NCBI GenBank assembly: GCA_963838925.1
Contig: CAWISW010000002.1
Coordinates: 320,001-384,000, forward strand
Length of the DNA: 64,000 bases
From: an uncultured Nitrososphaerota archaeon
Lineage (GTDB): Archaea > Thermoproteota > Nitrososphaeria > Nitrososphaerales > Gagatemarchaeaceae
Reading direction: 5' to 3'
The stretch's first letter is position 1; each line of letters starts with the position of its first letter. This document shows positions 28,890 through 37,626 of the stretch, piece after piece. The translations under genes and the position numbers were made by a program. The notes under the pieces were generated by a model. That model saw only the letters and a program-made list of their open reading frames with translations. It was not told where the DNA came from and ran no database searches.

Positions 28890-28930
28890 GTTTTTTACGA
28901 ACGCCGGAGGGCTTTCCTCCCGGTCCTCGC

Positions 28931-29206
28931 ATGCGCTACATGACCGACGCACACCTAAGCGGCCTCGCCGGAGAGCTCAGGGCCGTCGGGGTGGACTGCC
29001 AGACGGTCCACAAGCTGATGCTCGGCCACGAAGACTCGAGGGTCAAGATTTCCGACCCCGAGATCGTCAAGTTCCTAGAGTCCCAAAGGGGGTCGGTGAC
29101 CCTGATCACCATGGACAGCGAGCTCTCGGAGTACTGCTCGAAGTTCGCCATCCCGGTCATCAGGGTCCAGGACGTCATCTCCCGGCACATACAGGGCTCC
29201 AAGTGA
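28931..29206 (+). CDS. Small PIN-like protein (DUF5615/Mut7-C N-terminal type)
   Basis: MRYMTDAHLSGLAGEL...ISDPEI...LITMDSEL acidic pattern; ATG at 28931. Confidence 0.75.
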   Translation: MRYMTDAHLSGLAGELRAVGVDCQTVHKLMLGHEDSRVKISDPEIVKFLESQRGSVTLITMDSELSEYCSKFAIPVIRVQDVISRHIQGSK

Positions 29207-29254
29207 CGACGGCTCCGAGCAAAGGCTTTAACCGGGCGCAGCCGTGCTTTCCTC

Positions 29255-29863
29255 ATGGCAAAGACATACACGCTTCCGCCGTTACCATACGGCTACAACG
29301 CTCTCGAGCCGCACATCTCGGAGCAGATCATGAAGTTGCACCACGACAAACACCACCAGGCTTACGTGAACGGTGCGAACGCGGCCCTCGACAAGCTCGA
29401 AAAGGCCCGCTCAGGGGCGATGCAGATCGACCTCAAGGGGACCCTCAGGGACCTCAGCTTCAACATCGACGGCCACAAGCTCCACTCGATATTCTGGCCC
29501 AACATGGCACCCGCGGGCAAGGGAGGCGGCGACCCCGGCGGGAAGCTCGCCGACAAGATCACAGCGGACTTTGGAGGGGTGGACAAGTTCAAGGCCCAGT
29601 TCAGCGACGCCGCCAAGGCCGTCGAGGGGTCGGGGTGGGCGCTCCTCTGTTACGACAAGGAGATCGACTCGCTGGTTATGACCCAGGTAGAGAAGCAGAA
29701 CTTCATGGAGCTGGCGGAGCTGCCCATACTCCTGGGGCTTGACGTCTGGGAGCACGCGTACTACCTCCAGTACTGGAACGACCGCGCCAAGTACGTCGAG
29801 GCATGGTGGAACGTCGTCAACTGGTCAGACGTGGACGGCAGGCTCTCAAAGGTCGTAAAGTAG
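29255..29863 (+). CDS. sod: Fe/Mn superoxide dismutase
   Basis: YNALEPHIS, HHDKHHQAYV, GSGW, DVWEHAYYLQY. Confidence 0.98.
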   Translation: MAKTYTLPPLPYGYNALEPHISEQIMKLHHDKHHQAYVNGANAALDKLEKARSGAMQIDLKGTLRDLSFNIDGHKLHSIFWPNMAPAGKGGGDPGGKLADKITADFGGVDKFKAQFSDAAKAVEGSGWALLCYDKEIDSLVMTQVEKQNFMELAELPILLGLDVWEHAYYLQYWNDRAKYVEAWWNVVNWSDVDGRLSKVVK

Positions 29864-29956
29864 CCGAACGGTGCGAGAGCCCCGCGCCTTCCAGGCGCGC
29901 CTCCTTTCTCTTTTAATCCAGCGAGCGCGGCGGCCCGCGCGGATGGAGTCCCCGCG

Positions 29957-30883
29957 TTGGAGTTCAAGCTGAACCTGTCTACCATCCCCTTCGACCTCGG
30001 GCACACGCTCGACAGCGGGCAGGCCTTCAGGTGGGAGCTGAGGGGGGAGTGGTGGTGCGGGGTCCTTGCGGGCGGCGCCATCAAGGTGAAGCAGGAGGAG
30101 TCCTCCCTGGTGTGCGTCACCAGCAGCGAGCACCTCCTGCCGCGGGCGGTGCACGAGTATTTCCGCCTGGACGACAGCCTCGAGCGGATATACTCCAAGA
30201 TAATGAAGGACGACCACATCACGCAGGCGATCCAGCGATACTACGGCCTTCGCCTCGTCAACCAGGACGCTTGGGAGTGCCTCGTCTCCTTCGTCATCGC
30301 GACGAACACCAACATCCCGCGGATCAAGCTGATGATCTCGAGGCTCTGCGAGAAGTTCGGGGAGAAGGCGACCTTCGACGGCAACGAGTACTCCCAGTTC
30401 CCCACGGCAGAGGCGCTTGCCCAGGCCACCCTCGAGGAGCTGGTCGAGTGCGGCCTCGGCTACCGGGCGCGCTTCGTGAGGGCGGTCGCTCAGCGGGTCA
30501 GCTCGGGCAGCGTGAGCCTCGACGAGCTCAAGCTCCTCGAGTACGAGCGAGCAAGAGAGCTGCTGACGCAGAGGATACTGGGCGAGAAGACCCTCCTCGG
30601 CATAGGGCGGAAAGCGGCGGACTGCATCCTCCTCTTCTCGTGCGGCAAGGACTCGTCCTTCCCCATCGACGTCTGGATGGCGCGCGTCCTGTCGAAATAC
30701 TACCCGGCGCTCTTCGACAAGGCCATTGCGAGGCAGCTGGACTCCCATGTCTCGAAGGTTACGAGGCTCTCAGGAGCAGCCTACGAGTCCATCTCCGCCT
30801 CGATGAGGGAGTACTTCGGCGAATACGCGGGCTACGCGCAGCAGTATCTCTTCCACGACGCCCGGAAGAGCAAGCTCGCCTAG
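29957..30883 (+). CDS. ogg1: 8-oxoguanine DNA glycosylase, Ogg1 type
   Basis: TLDSGQAFRW, QDAWECLVSF, NNIPRI-like, GLGYRA, GIGRKAADC, FPIDVW, GYAQQYLF. Confidence 0.92.
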   Translation: MEFKLNLSTIPFDLGHTLDSGQAFRWELRGEWWCGVLAGGAIKVKQEESSLVCVTSSEHLLPRAVHEYFRLDDSLERIYSKIMKDDHITQAIQRYYGLRLVNQDAWECLVSFVIATNTNIPRIKLMISRLCEKFGEKATFDGNEYSQFPTAEALAQATLEELVECGLGYRARFVRAVAQRVSSGSVSLDELKLLEYERARELLTQRILGEKTLLGIGRKAADCILLFSCGKDSSFPIDVWMARVLSKYYPALFDKAIARQLDSHVSKVTRLSGAAYESISASMREYFGEYAGYAQQYLFHDARKSKLA

Positions 30884-30893
30884 GGACGGCGCA

Positions 30894-31367
30894 CTACTTC
30901 TTCTTGCCCGCCACGACGGCGACGGGCTTCTCCATCGGCTCTCGAGGCGCCGCAGGCGCGGGGCTCTTGAACCAGCGCTTCAGCATCTCGACGTTCGCCT
31001 CGACGACGCTCCTGCGCCTGATGTCTAGGGAGAGGTCTCCTCGCCTCGCACCGTTCACGGGGACTCCCGCCGATTCGAGCTCGCCGAAGGAGAACCCCCT
31101 AGCGGCCCTTTCGTATGGAGAACCAGAATCTGTGTCCCTCACTGCGACCGTCGCATGGGGCGGCGGCCCGAGCTTCACACGCTCGACCTTGACTGCCGCC
31201 TTGGTAGGAGCTTCCTTCTTCTCCTCCGCCTTCTTAACCCTTGAGGCGGCCTTCTTTGGCTTCTCCTCTTCTGCGGGTGCCTCCTTGGCGACCTTCTTCG
31301 TCTTAGTCACTTTGGCCTTTGCCTTCTTAGTGGAAGACGCGGCCTTTTTCTTGGTAGATGCGCTCAT
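30894..31367 (-). CDS. rpl13e: Ribosomal protein eL13 with Lys/Ala-rich N-terminal extension
   Basis: RGFSFGELESAG...DIRRRSVVEANVEML core. Confidence 0.88.
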   Translation of the reverse strand: MSASTKKKAASSTKKAKAKVTKTKKVAKEAPAEEEKPKKAASRVKKAEEKKEAPTKAAVKVERVKLGPPPHATVAVRDTDSGSPYERAARGFSFGELESAGVPVNGARRGDLSLDIRRRSVVEANVEMLKRWFKSPAPAAPREPMEKPVAVVAGKKK

Positions 31368-31369
31368 GG

Positions 31370-31825
31370 TTACTGCTTCCTGATCCTGCTGCCCCTGTAG
31401 ACTAGTATCGCGCCCAGCACGGCTAGCACGACCCCGCCCCCGATGACCAGGGTGCTGTTCACGACGATGAACCCGGGCACCGCAAGTGCGGACACGCCGA
31501 GCACGATGAGGGCTATCCCGAAGGCGAACTCCCCGCCGCTGCTCATCCAGACGGGGCTGTACGTCCTGCCGGACTTCACGGTCTCCCCGACGGGCGCCGT
31601 GGTCCTGCGTCCAGGCAGGCCGCCCTTCAGTATCCCTATGGGGATGAACATGACGCCGAAGATGAGTAGGATTCCCGCGGTCCCTTGCATCGCGTTGTTC
31701 TCAGGACTGGGGATGATGCAGTAGCACGAGTCCCCTGCCGGGGTCTTCGCCCCGTTGAAGAGGACTATCCCGGACAGACCGATCAGCGTGAGGACGAAGG
31801 CGAGGATGATGTACTCTGAATCCAA
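31370..31825 (-). CDS. Hypothetical 4-TM membrane protein
   Basis: Four hydrophobic segments with a CYC loop; ends 2 nt before rpl13e. Confidence 0.75.
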   Translation of the reverse strand: MDSEYIILAFVLTLIGLSGIVLFNGAKTPAGDSCYCIIPSPENNAMQGTAGILLIFGVMFIPIGILKGGLPGRRTTAPVGETVKSGRTYSPVWMSSGGEFAFGIALIVLGVSALAVPGFIVVNSTLVIGGGVVLAVLGAILVYRGSRIRKQ

Positions 31826-31958
31826 ACTTGCCCGAGCACACGTGCTCGATACGTTTCTTAAGCGTTTCGTGACCGGGGGCGCGAATCCGTCATTCCCCCA
31901 ATCGGCGGGCCAGCTCTCGAAGAGGTTATATCCCCCGCACAGTTTTTCGGCGCTCGGT

Positions 31959-32114
31959 CCCGCGGTAGCTCAGCCTGGTAGATCCCAAAAAGGAACCAAA
32001 AGCTTCCGGCTGTAGTGGTCGGCCTTGGTCGACCCGTCCAGCCTATTCAGGCCACAGAAACCGGAGTGTCGTCGGCTCAAAAGCGCGATTGCGCTGGAAT
32101 TCCGACCCGCGGGA
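31959..32114 (+). tRNA. tRNA-Tyr(GUA) with three BHB introns (22/23: 31982-32000; 37/38: 32016-32059; 59/60: 32082-32100)
   Basis: Removing the three introns gives a 74-nt cloverleaf: CCCGCGG/CCGCGGG, GCTC/GAGC, TCCGG/CCGGA, GTCGG/CCGAC, anticodon GTA, C1-G72 and A73; TTATAT box at 31926. Confidence 0.93.
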
Positions 32115-32174
32115 CCTTCACGCTCATTCCCTCAAGGAGATTCTTAATAACGGGAGGCGGCGCGACGCGGCAGG

Positions 32175-32360
32175 ATGTCTGCTAAGGGTCCTTCCCTAGC
32201 CAGGTTGCTCGTTGTGATCCTGGTCCTTGCCGTGGCTGAGACGGGCTGGGCATACTACTGCGCTGAGGCGGGAGTCAACCTCCTCCTCTTCTACGTCGTC
32301 CTGGTTGCTGCGTCGGCGGTGTTCTGGATTCCGGGGGTCGCCGAGAAGCGCGGCGCCTAG
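32175..32360 (+). CDS. Small 2-TM hypothetical protein
   Basis: ATG after CTTAATAA box; hydrophobic hairpin. Confidence 0.6.
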   Translation: MSAKGPSLARLLVVILVLAVAETGWAYYCAEAGVNLLLFYVVLVAASAVFWIPGVAEKRGA

Positions 32361-32403
32361 TGGGACCGAGGGGCCGCAGCTACAAAGTCAAGGGAGGCCG
32401 CGC

Positions 32404-33300
32404 ATGAAAGAGCCACACGCGCCGAGGTCCTCCTTCACCGGAAAGGCCGCGTTGGTGTCGATGGCCCTCGGGACGTCAGTCGCCGTCTTCAACATGTTCT
32501 ACTGGGATCGCGACCAGTACTACTTCGCTCTCCCGGGGAGCTCCCCCGACTCTATCCTTTCCTTCTTCCTCGCCCAGTCCATCTCCATATTCCTCCTGCT
32601 GCTGGGCTTCTATCTGGCCTATCGGTACCTGACGCTGTCCGCGGCGTCGCCCGTCGTCTCCCTCCTGGGGATAATCGGCAGCGCCATCTCTGATCGGAAG
32701 CTCGCTCGTGTCGCCGTCGCCACGACGGTCCTCTACGGCCTGCTCTACGCCCTCGCGTCCAGCATCGTCGTCTTCCAGCCCGGGGTCGACTTCGCCTCGG
32801 CGTACGGCGTGACCACCCCGACCTCGTGGAGCTCGGTCCCTTGCTGCGGCGACGTCGGCACCCTCCCCAAGCTCATCCTGTACCTCTCCCCCGCCCACCT
32901 CGCGGTCCAGCTGGTCCCGCTGAGCGTCCTGCTCCTTTTCATCGTCCCGCCGCTCGTGGGGCTCAACCTCTCCATCGCGCTTTTCTCGGTCCGGAGGACG
33001 GTCGCCAAGGTCACAGGGAGGTGGATGGTGGCGTGCGGGGCGGCGGTCGGGCTCTTCACGGCCTGCCCCACATGCGCGGGCTTCTTCCTCGCAGAGTCCA
33101 TAGGGGGAATCGGGGCGACCACGCTCGCGGTCGCCCTGGCTCCCTACCAGGCTCTCTTCATAGCGGTCAGCATCCCGCTGCTCTTGGCGATGCCTTTCAT
33201 CTTCGCGAGCCGCGTCCGGAGGTCCACGATGACCGTCGCCCCCAACCCCACGTCGTCCGGGGCGACCCGAGATTCGGCCGTCTCGGCCGGAAACCGTTAA
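32404..33300 (+). CDS. Multi-pass membrane protein with CCG and ACPTC motifs (possible metal binding)
   Basis: About 6 TM; VPCCGD and FTACPTCAG; GGAGG before the ATG at 32404. Confidence 0.8.
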   Translation: MKEPHAPRSSFTGKAALVSMALGTSVAVFNMFYWDRDQYYFALPGSSPDSILSFFLAQSISIFLLLLGFYLAYRYLTLSAASPVVSLLGIIGSAISDRKLARVAVATTVLYGLLYALASSIVVFQPGVDFASAYGVTTPTSWSSVPCCGDVGTLPKLILYLSPAHLAVQLVPLSVLLLFIVPPLVGLNLSIALFSVRRTVAKVTGRWMVACGAAVGLFTACPTCAGFFLAESIGGIGATTLAVALAPYQALFIAVSIPLLLAMPFIFASRVRRSTMTVAPNPTSSGATRDSAVSAGNR

Positions 33301-33341
33301 ATGGCGAGAGAAAGGCGCGCCGAAAGGAGGATTTTCCTTAG

Positions 33342-34205
33342 TTGAGCATGAGGGACTACGTGGCCCTGACGAAGCCGAAGATCGTCTGGCTCCTCCTGCT
33401 CGTCGCCCTCGCCTCGGCTGTAATCGCTGCGCGCGGGCTCCCCTCGCTGGTCGTCCTAGGCGGCCTCTTCCTCGCCGGGAGCTTCTCGTCCCTCGGCTCG
33501 CTCGCTCTCAACAGCTACCTCGAGATGGACATCGACGCCAAGATGAAGAGGACCCGGAACAGGCCCCTCCCGGGGCAGCGCATCGTCCAGCCCAAGAGGG
33601 CGCTCGCCTTCGGGCTTTCGCTCATCGCCCTCGGATTGGTGATTTCCTACATCACGTTGACACCCCTGGCGACCCTCTTCATCGGGTTGGGTGCCCTGGT
33701 GTACGTCCAAGTCTACACCGTCTGGCTGAAGCCGAGGACGAGCTGGAACATCGTCCTAGGGGGATTCGCGGGCAGCTGCTGCGCGCTCGCGGGGTGGTAC
33801 GCCGTCACCACAGCCGACCCCTTGATCGCCTGGGTGCTCGCGGCTCTGGTATTCGTCTGGACACCCAGCCACTTCTGGAGCCTCGCGGTGATAACAGAGG
33901 AGGACTATTCTGCGGCGGGGATTCCAATGCTCCCCTCTGTGGTCGGGGAGAAGAAGGCCGCCAAGTTCATCGTGGTGAACACGCTCCTCCTGATCCCGAT
34001 AAGCCTCCTCTTCTTCCTCTACCTCACGGGGACCGGAGAGATCGTCTACCTCGTCGGGGCGATCGTCTTCGACCTGCTCTTGCTGGCGACCAACATCAAG
34101 CTGCTCATCGAGCCCAACAAGAGCAACGCTCTCCTTGCGTTCAAGGCGTCGAGCCCTTTCCTCGCCGTGATCTTCGTGCTGGCGTGCGTCAGCGTCGTGC
34201 TCTGA
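33342..34205 (+). CDS. ctaB: Protoheme IX farnesyltransferase (heme O synthase)
   Basis: LTKPKI, DIDAKMKRTRNRPLP, YTVWLKPRT, WTPSHFW, EDYSAAGIPMLP. Confidence 0.97.
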   Translation: MSMRDYVALTKPKIVWLLLLVALASAVIAARGLPSLVVLGGLFLAGSFSSLGSLALNSYLEMDIDAKMKRTRNRPLPGQRIVQPKRALAFGLSLIALGLVISYITLTPLATLFIGLGALVYVQVYTVWLKPRTSWNIVLGGFAGSCCALAGWYAVTTADPLIAWVLAALVFVWTPSHFWSLAVITEEDYSAAGIPMLPSVVGEKKAAKFIVVNTLLLIPISLLFFLYLTGTGEIVYLVGAIVFDLLLLATNIKLLIEPNKSNALLAFKASSPFLAVIFVLACVSVVL

Positions 34206-34267
34206 CGCCATCATCCAACGGCCTCTCCAGAAACTCTTAACTAAGTTACACTGCGCGCCCTCGGTCC

Positions 34268-34757
34268 TTGAGCGCCGGAAGGTACCTCGTCTACGCGACC
34301 ATCGTCACGACCTTCGTGCTGATAGTGTGGGGAGGCTATCTGACCGCGGGCAACTACGGCGGCGATTGCGGCACTCCGAGCAACAACGCCATCAGCTCCG
34401 ACTGGCCGTACTGCAACGGCTCGCTCAACATCCCGAACCCTTACAACTCGGCAAGCTACGGCGCCTTCGTCGAGTACGTCCACAGGACCCTCAGCGTCCT
34501 CGTCGCTGTAGTCCTGCTGGCGACGGTTGCGGCCGTCTCGAGGATGAAGCCCAGGCCGGCAGGGGCCTACAGGGCACTCCTCATATCTCGGGGTCCTGCT
34601 CCTCATCCAAATCGGGCTGGGCAACATCGTCGTCAACTCCAACCTGAACGCCGTGTACTTGGCGGTCCATCTGGCGAACGCGACCGCCCTCTTCGGAGTG
34701 ATGATAGTCGCTGGCATCCGCATTCGTTCTGAAGAGCGCCCCGGCGGCTACTACTAG
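34268..34757 (+). CDS. ctaA: Short (4-TM) heme A synthase with an apparent +1 frameshift near 34588
   Basis: C...DWPYCNG and EYVHR in the first frame; IQIGLG...AVHLANA continues in the shifted frame. Confidence 0.85.
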
Positions 34758-34781
34758 CGCCTGCCGAGGGCAGAAAGCTAA

Positions 34782-35315
34782 GTGCGCGCGGGTCGCACGT
34801 CTGGGAAGAAGCCCACCGTGAAGCGCCCTCCAAGGTTCGTCGCCGATGCCATGCTGGGGAGCCTGGCGAGGAAGCTCCGCATCTTCGGCTTCGACACACT
34901 CTACTTCAAGGCTGGGGCGGACGCAGAGCTTGAGGCCCTCGCTAAGCGAGAGGCGCGGACCCTCCTCACCTCCGACAAGCCACTTTTCGTCCACGCGCGG
35001 AGCAAGGGGATACGGTCGTTCCTCGTCGAGGGCGGCTCCGACAAGGAAAGGCTCGTTTCCGTCTTGCAACAGGCTGGACCAGAAATGGAGCTGGGCCTGG
35101 GAGGAAGACGGGCGAGCAGGTGCGCAGTTTGCAACGGAGAGCTCGAGGTCATCTCCAAGAAGGAGGCGGCCGACGCCAAGGTCCCGCCGAAGGTGCTCTC
35201 GAGGCACCGGCTCTTCTACCGATGCACCGACTGTTCGAGGTGCTTCTGGCACGGCGGGCACTGGGAGAGGCTGAGGCGGCTCGCCTACTCCCTCGAAAGA
35301 AAGGATTTAACCTGA
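34782..35315 (+). CDS. Mut7-C RNase domain protein
   Basis: FVADAMLGSLARKLRIFGFDT, LLTSD, RCAVCNG, C..C...FWHGGHW. Confidence 0.92.
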   Translation: MRAGRTSGKKPTVKRPPRFVADAMLGSLARKLRIFGFDTLYFKAGADAELEALAKREARTLLTSDKPLFVHARSKGIRSFLVEGGSDKERLVSVLQQAGPEMELGLGGRRASRCAVCNGELEVISKKEAADAKVPPKVLSRHRLFYRCTDCSRCFWHGGHWERLRRLAYSLERKDLT

Positions 35316-35352
35316 ACGCGGCTCGCGGGCAATCACATCGCTGGAGCGGCCC

Positions 35353-36531
35353 TTGAAAGTGTACCTCGCGGCCTTCGGTTCTGGGATGGGTCACGCCTCG
35401 AGGATGGCGGCCCTCGCCGACGAGCTCGTGGCTTCCGGCGACGAGGTGATGTTCTCGAGCTCAGGGGAGGTGACTCGCTGGCTGAGGGGAAGAGGGTTCG
35501 TCTGCAACGACCTCCCCCTCGTCGACGTGGAGTTCACCGAAGCCGGCTCCTTCTCCGCCAGAAAGACCCTGAAGTTCTACCCGAGGCTGATGGCCCGGCT
35601 CTGCAAGCAGGTGCAGCGCGAAGTGGGGAACATGCAGAGGTTCGCGCCCGCGGTCGTGCTGAGCGACTCTGTGGCCTCGACCGTCATCGCCTCGCGGCTC
35701 CTCGGGATAAGGTCGGTCGTCGTACTGAACCAGCTCAGGCTCATCTCCTCGCCCAGGACCCCCCCGGCCATCGCCAAGATGCTGTCCGCGGCGAGCATCA
35801 CGGTCGGCAGCCTCTTCTGGGGGTTCTGCGACGAGATCCTGATCCCCGACCTCCCACCTCCCTACACGATAAGCGAGCGGAACCTATTGAACGCGGGCGG
35901 CGCCTCGGCGAGGGCGAGGTTCATCGGGCTGCTCACCCCCAGGTCGGCAGCGGTCCCTGCGGGGGACGAGACCCTAGAGGCCTGGCGTGGAGAGACGAGC
36001 AGGCGGAGGGTCTTCTGGCAGATCTCAGGCCCTCCCGCGACAAGGGGGCGCTTCCTGGCGAAGGCCCTCGAGACCGCCGAGGCGCTGCGGGAAGACCATC
36101 TCTTCGTCATCACCGCGGGCAACCCTGGAGGGAGCAGAGACCCTCTCCCCGTCCCGGGAGGGTATCTCTACCAGTGGTGCGGCTTCTCAAGCGCGTTCGT
36201 CGACTCGTGCGACGCCGTCGTCTCGCGCGCAGGCCACGTCAGCATTTCAGACTACATACAGCGCGCCAAACCTTCGATCCTCGTTCCCATACAGGCCCAG
36301 ACGGAGCAGATGGGAAACGCGAACAAGGCGCAGACGCTCGGCATCGCGATCGCGATGGACGAGCGGGACCTCGGCCCTGGTAAGATTAGGGGTGCCCTCG
36401 ACGCGCTGCGCGGCGGAAGCTACGCAAGCAGGGCGCAGGAGATGAAGAGGGTCGCCGAGGGCTACGACGCCGTCGGCTCCATCCTGGGAGTGTTGGAAGG
36501 CGCTAGCCGCGCCGCTTCATCGCGTCGATGA
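35353..36531 (+). CDS. GT-B glycosyltransferase (GT28/MJ1255-like)
   Basis: GSGMGHASR, VLSDS, IPDLPPPYTI, VSRAGH, QTEQMGNA. Confidence 0.88.
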   Translation: MKVYLAAFGSGMGHASRMAALADELVASGDEVMFSSSGEVTRWLRGRGFVCNDLPLVDVEFTEAGSFSARKTLKFYPRLMARLCKQVQREVGNMQRFAPAVVLSDSVASTVIASRLLGIRSVVVLNQLRLISSPRTPPAIAKMLSAASITVGSLFWGFCDEILIPDLPPPYTISERNLLNAGGASARARFIGLLTPRSAAVPAGDETLEAWRGETSRRRVFWQISGPPATRGRFLAKALETAEALREDHLFVITAGNPGGSRDPLPVPGGYLYQWCGFSSAFVDSCDAVVSRAGHVSISDYIQRAKPSILVPIQAQTEQMGNANKAQTLGIAIAMDERDLGPGKIRGALDALRGGSYASRAQEMKRVAEGYDAVGSILGVLEGASRAASSRR

Positions 36532-37507
36532 CCGCGTTCGAGTCGGCCTCGACCCCGCCGAACCTCCTCTCAGTGTACGGGCTCCCGGCCCGGAGGGCCT
36601 TTGACGTGAAGCCGCCTCTCATGCCGCCCTTCGACGCCCGCCCCAAGCCCAGAGAGCGATAGGTCGTGGCGACCTCGTCGTCCCGGACGAGCACGAGCGG
36701 GAGCGCGAGGCTGGGGAAGCGCTTCGCGAGCCCGGCCTGAGACCCCGAGGGACCGGGCCGCATGCCTGCGAACACCTCGCCCCTCTGGCCCTCGAGCCAT
36801 CTTCCTATCCTGCCCGCCGCATCCCCTCCTCCCCCCAAGACGAGCAGCTCCAGGCAGCGGGGGTCCATCCTGTGGGAGAGCTCAGAGTAGAGCCTCGCCA
36901 CGTGACGGAGCGCGACCTCGTCGGTCGTCGAGTGGACGAGCCTCAGAGAGAACCCCGAGAGCGCCGCCATCCAGGCCATGGACGAGCTCCGCTCCCCTCC
37001 GGAGACGAGGCACGAGACCCAGTCGCCCCCGGACGGAGCACCGCCAGGGCCGCTCCTGACCTCGGCGCCGCAGGCCCCCCTCGCCCCTTCAAGGCACACG
37101 CGGAACCTGACCCTGGGCTTCCTCTCGTCCACCCTGACGCCGGGTATCAAGGACAGCAGCTCCGAATTCCCGGCGAGGACCGCGTCGCCAGCGGTCTGCT
37201 TCGACCGGGTCACCTTCGCAGAGATCTTGAACGTCTTCCCCTTCGAGAGGTAGCGCTTCGCGAGCCGTCCGAGGTTCTCGAGGTACCCCTGGCCACCTCT
37301 GAAACGGAACCCCACCGCAATCCATCCTACCCCCGGAAGAAGCGCGAGCCTCCTCGCGACCTCCACGGGGTCTTCCGAGGCGACGAGCAGAGTGTCGTCG
37401 ATGCGGTCGACTTCACCGGCCCTCGCGGAGAGCTTCCCTACGACCGTCCTCTCGAGGTCCTCGAGCCTGCCCGACCCGCTCCAGCCGACCATCGCGACAG
37501 CCTTCAA
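36503..37507 (-). CDS. THUMP-domain ThiI-like protein with degenerate PP-loop
   Basis: LPGV, TFKISAK, VDERKP (THUMP); GPGGAP.G..VSCLVSGGERS versus ThiI GxGGLPxG...LLSGGIDS. Confidence 0.7.
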   Translation of the reverse strand: MKAVAMVGWSGSGRLEDLERTVVGKLSARAGEVDRIDDTLLVASEDPVEVARRLALLPGVGWIAVGFRFRGGQGYLENLGRLAKRYLSKGKTFKISAKVTRSKQTAGDAVLAGNSELLSLIPGVRVDERKPRVRFRVCLEGARGACGAEVRSGPGGAPSGGDWVSCLVSGGERSSSMAWMAALSGFSLRLVHSTTDEVALRHVARLYSELSHRMDPRCLELLVLGGGGDAAGRIGRWLEGQRGEVFAGMRPGPSGSQAGLAKRFPSLALPLVLVRDDEVATTYRSLGLGRASKGGMRGGFTSKALRAGSPYTERRFGGVEADSNAVIDAMKRRG

Positions 37508-37626
37508 CAGCCGACGAGCAATGCCCGAGGTTTTTAAGCGGAAGGGGGCGGCCGCATCTTCGGGGCCCCGAGCGCACCGTCAAGTCTTAAAGGCAGGAAT
37601 CGCCCAACCGATGCTCCATCAGCATA

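Noticed and set aside
32016-32059. Box C/D guide or nested intron within the anticodon intron
   Set aside because: No RUGAUGA/CUGA boxes and no additional convincing BHB
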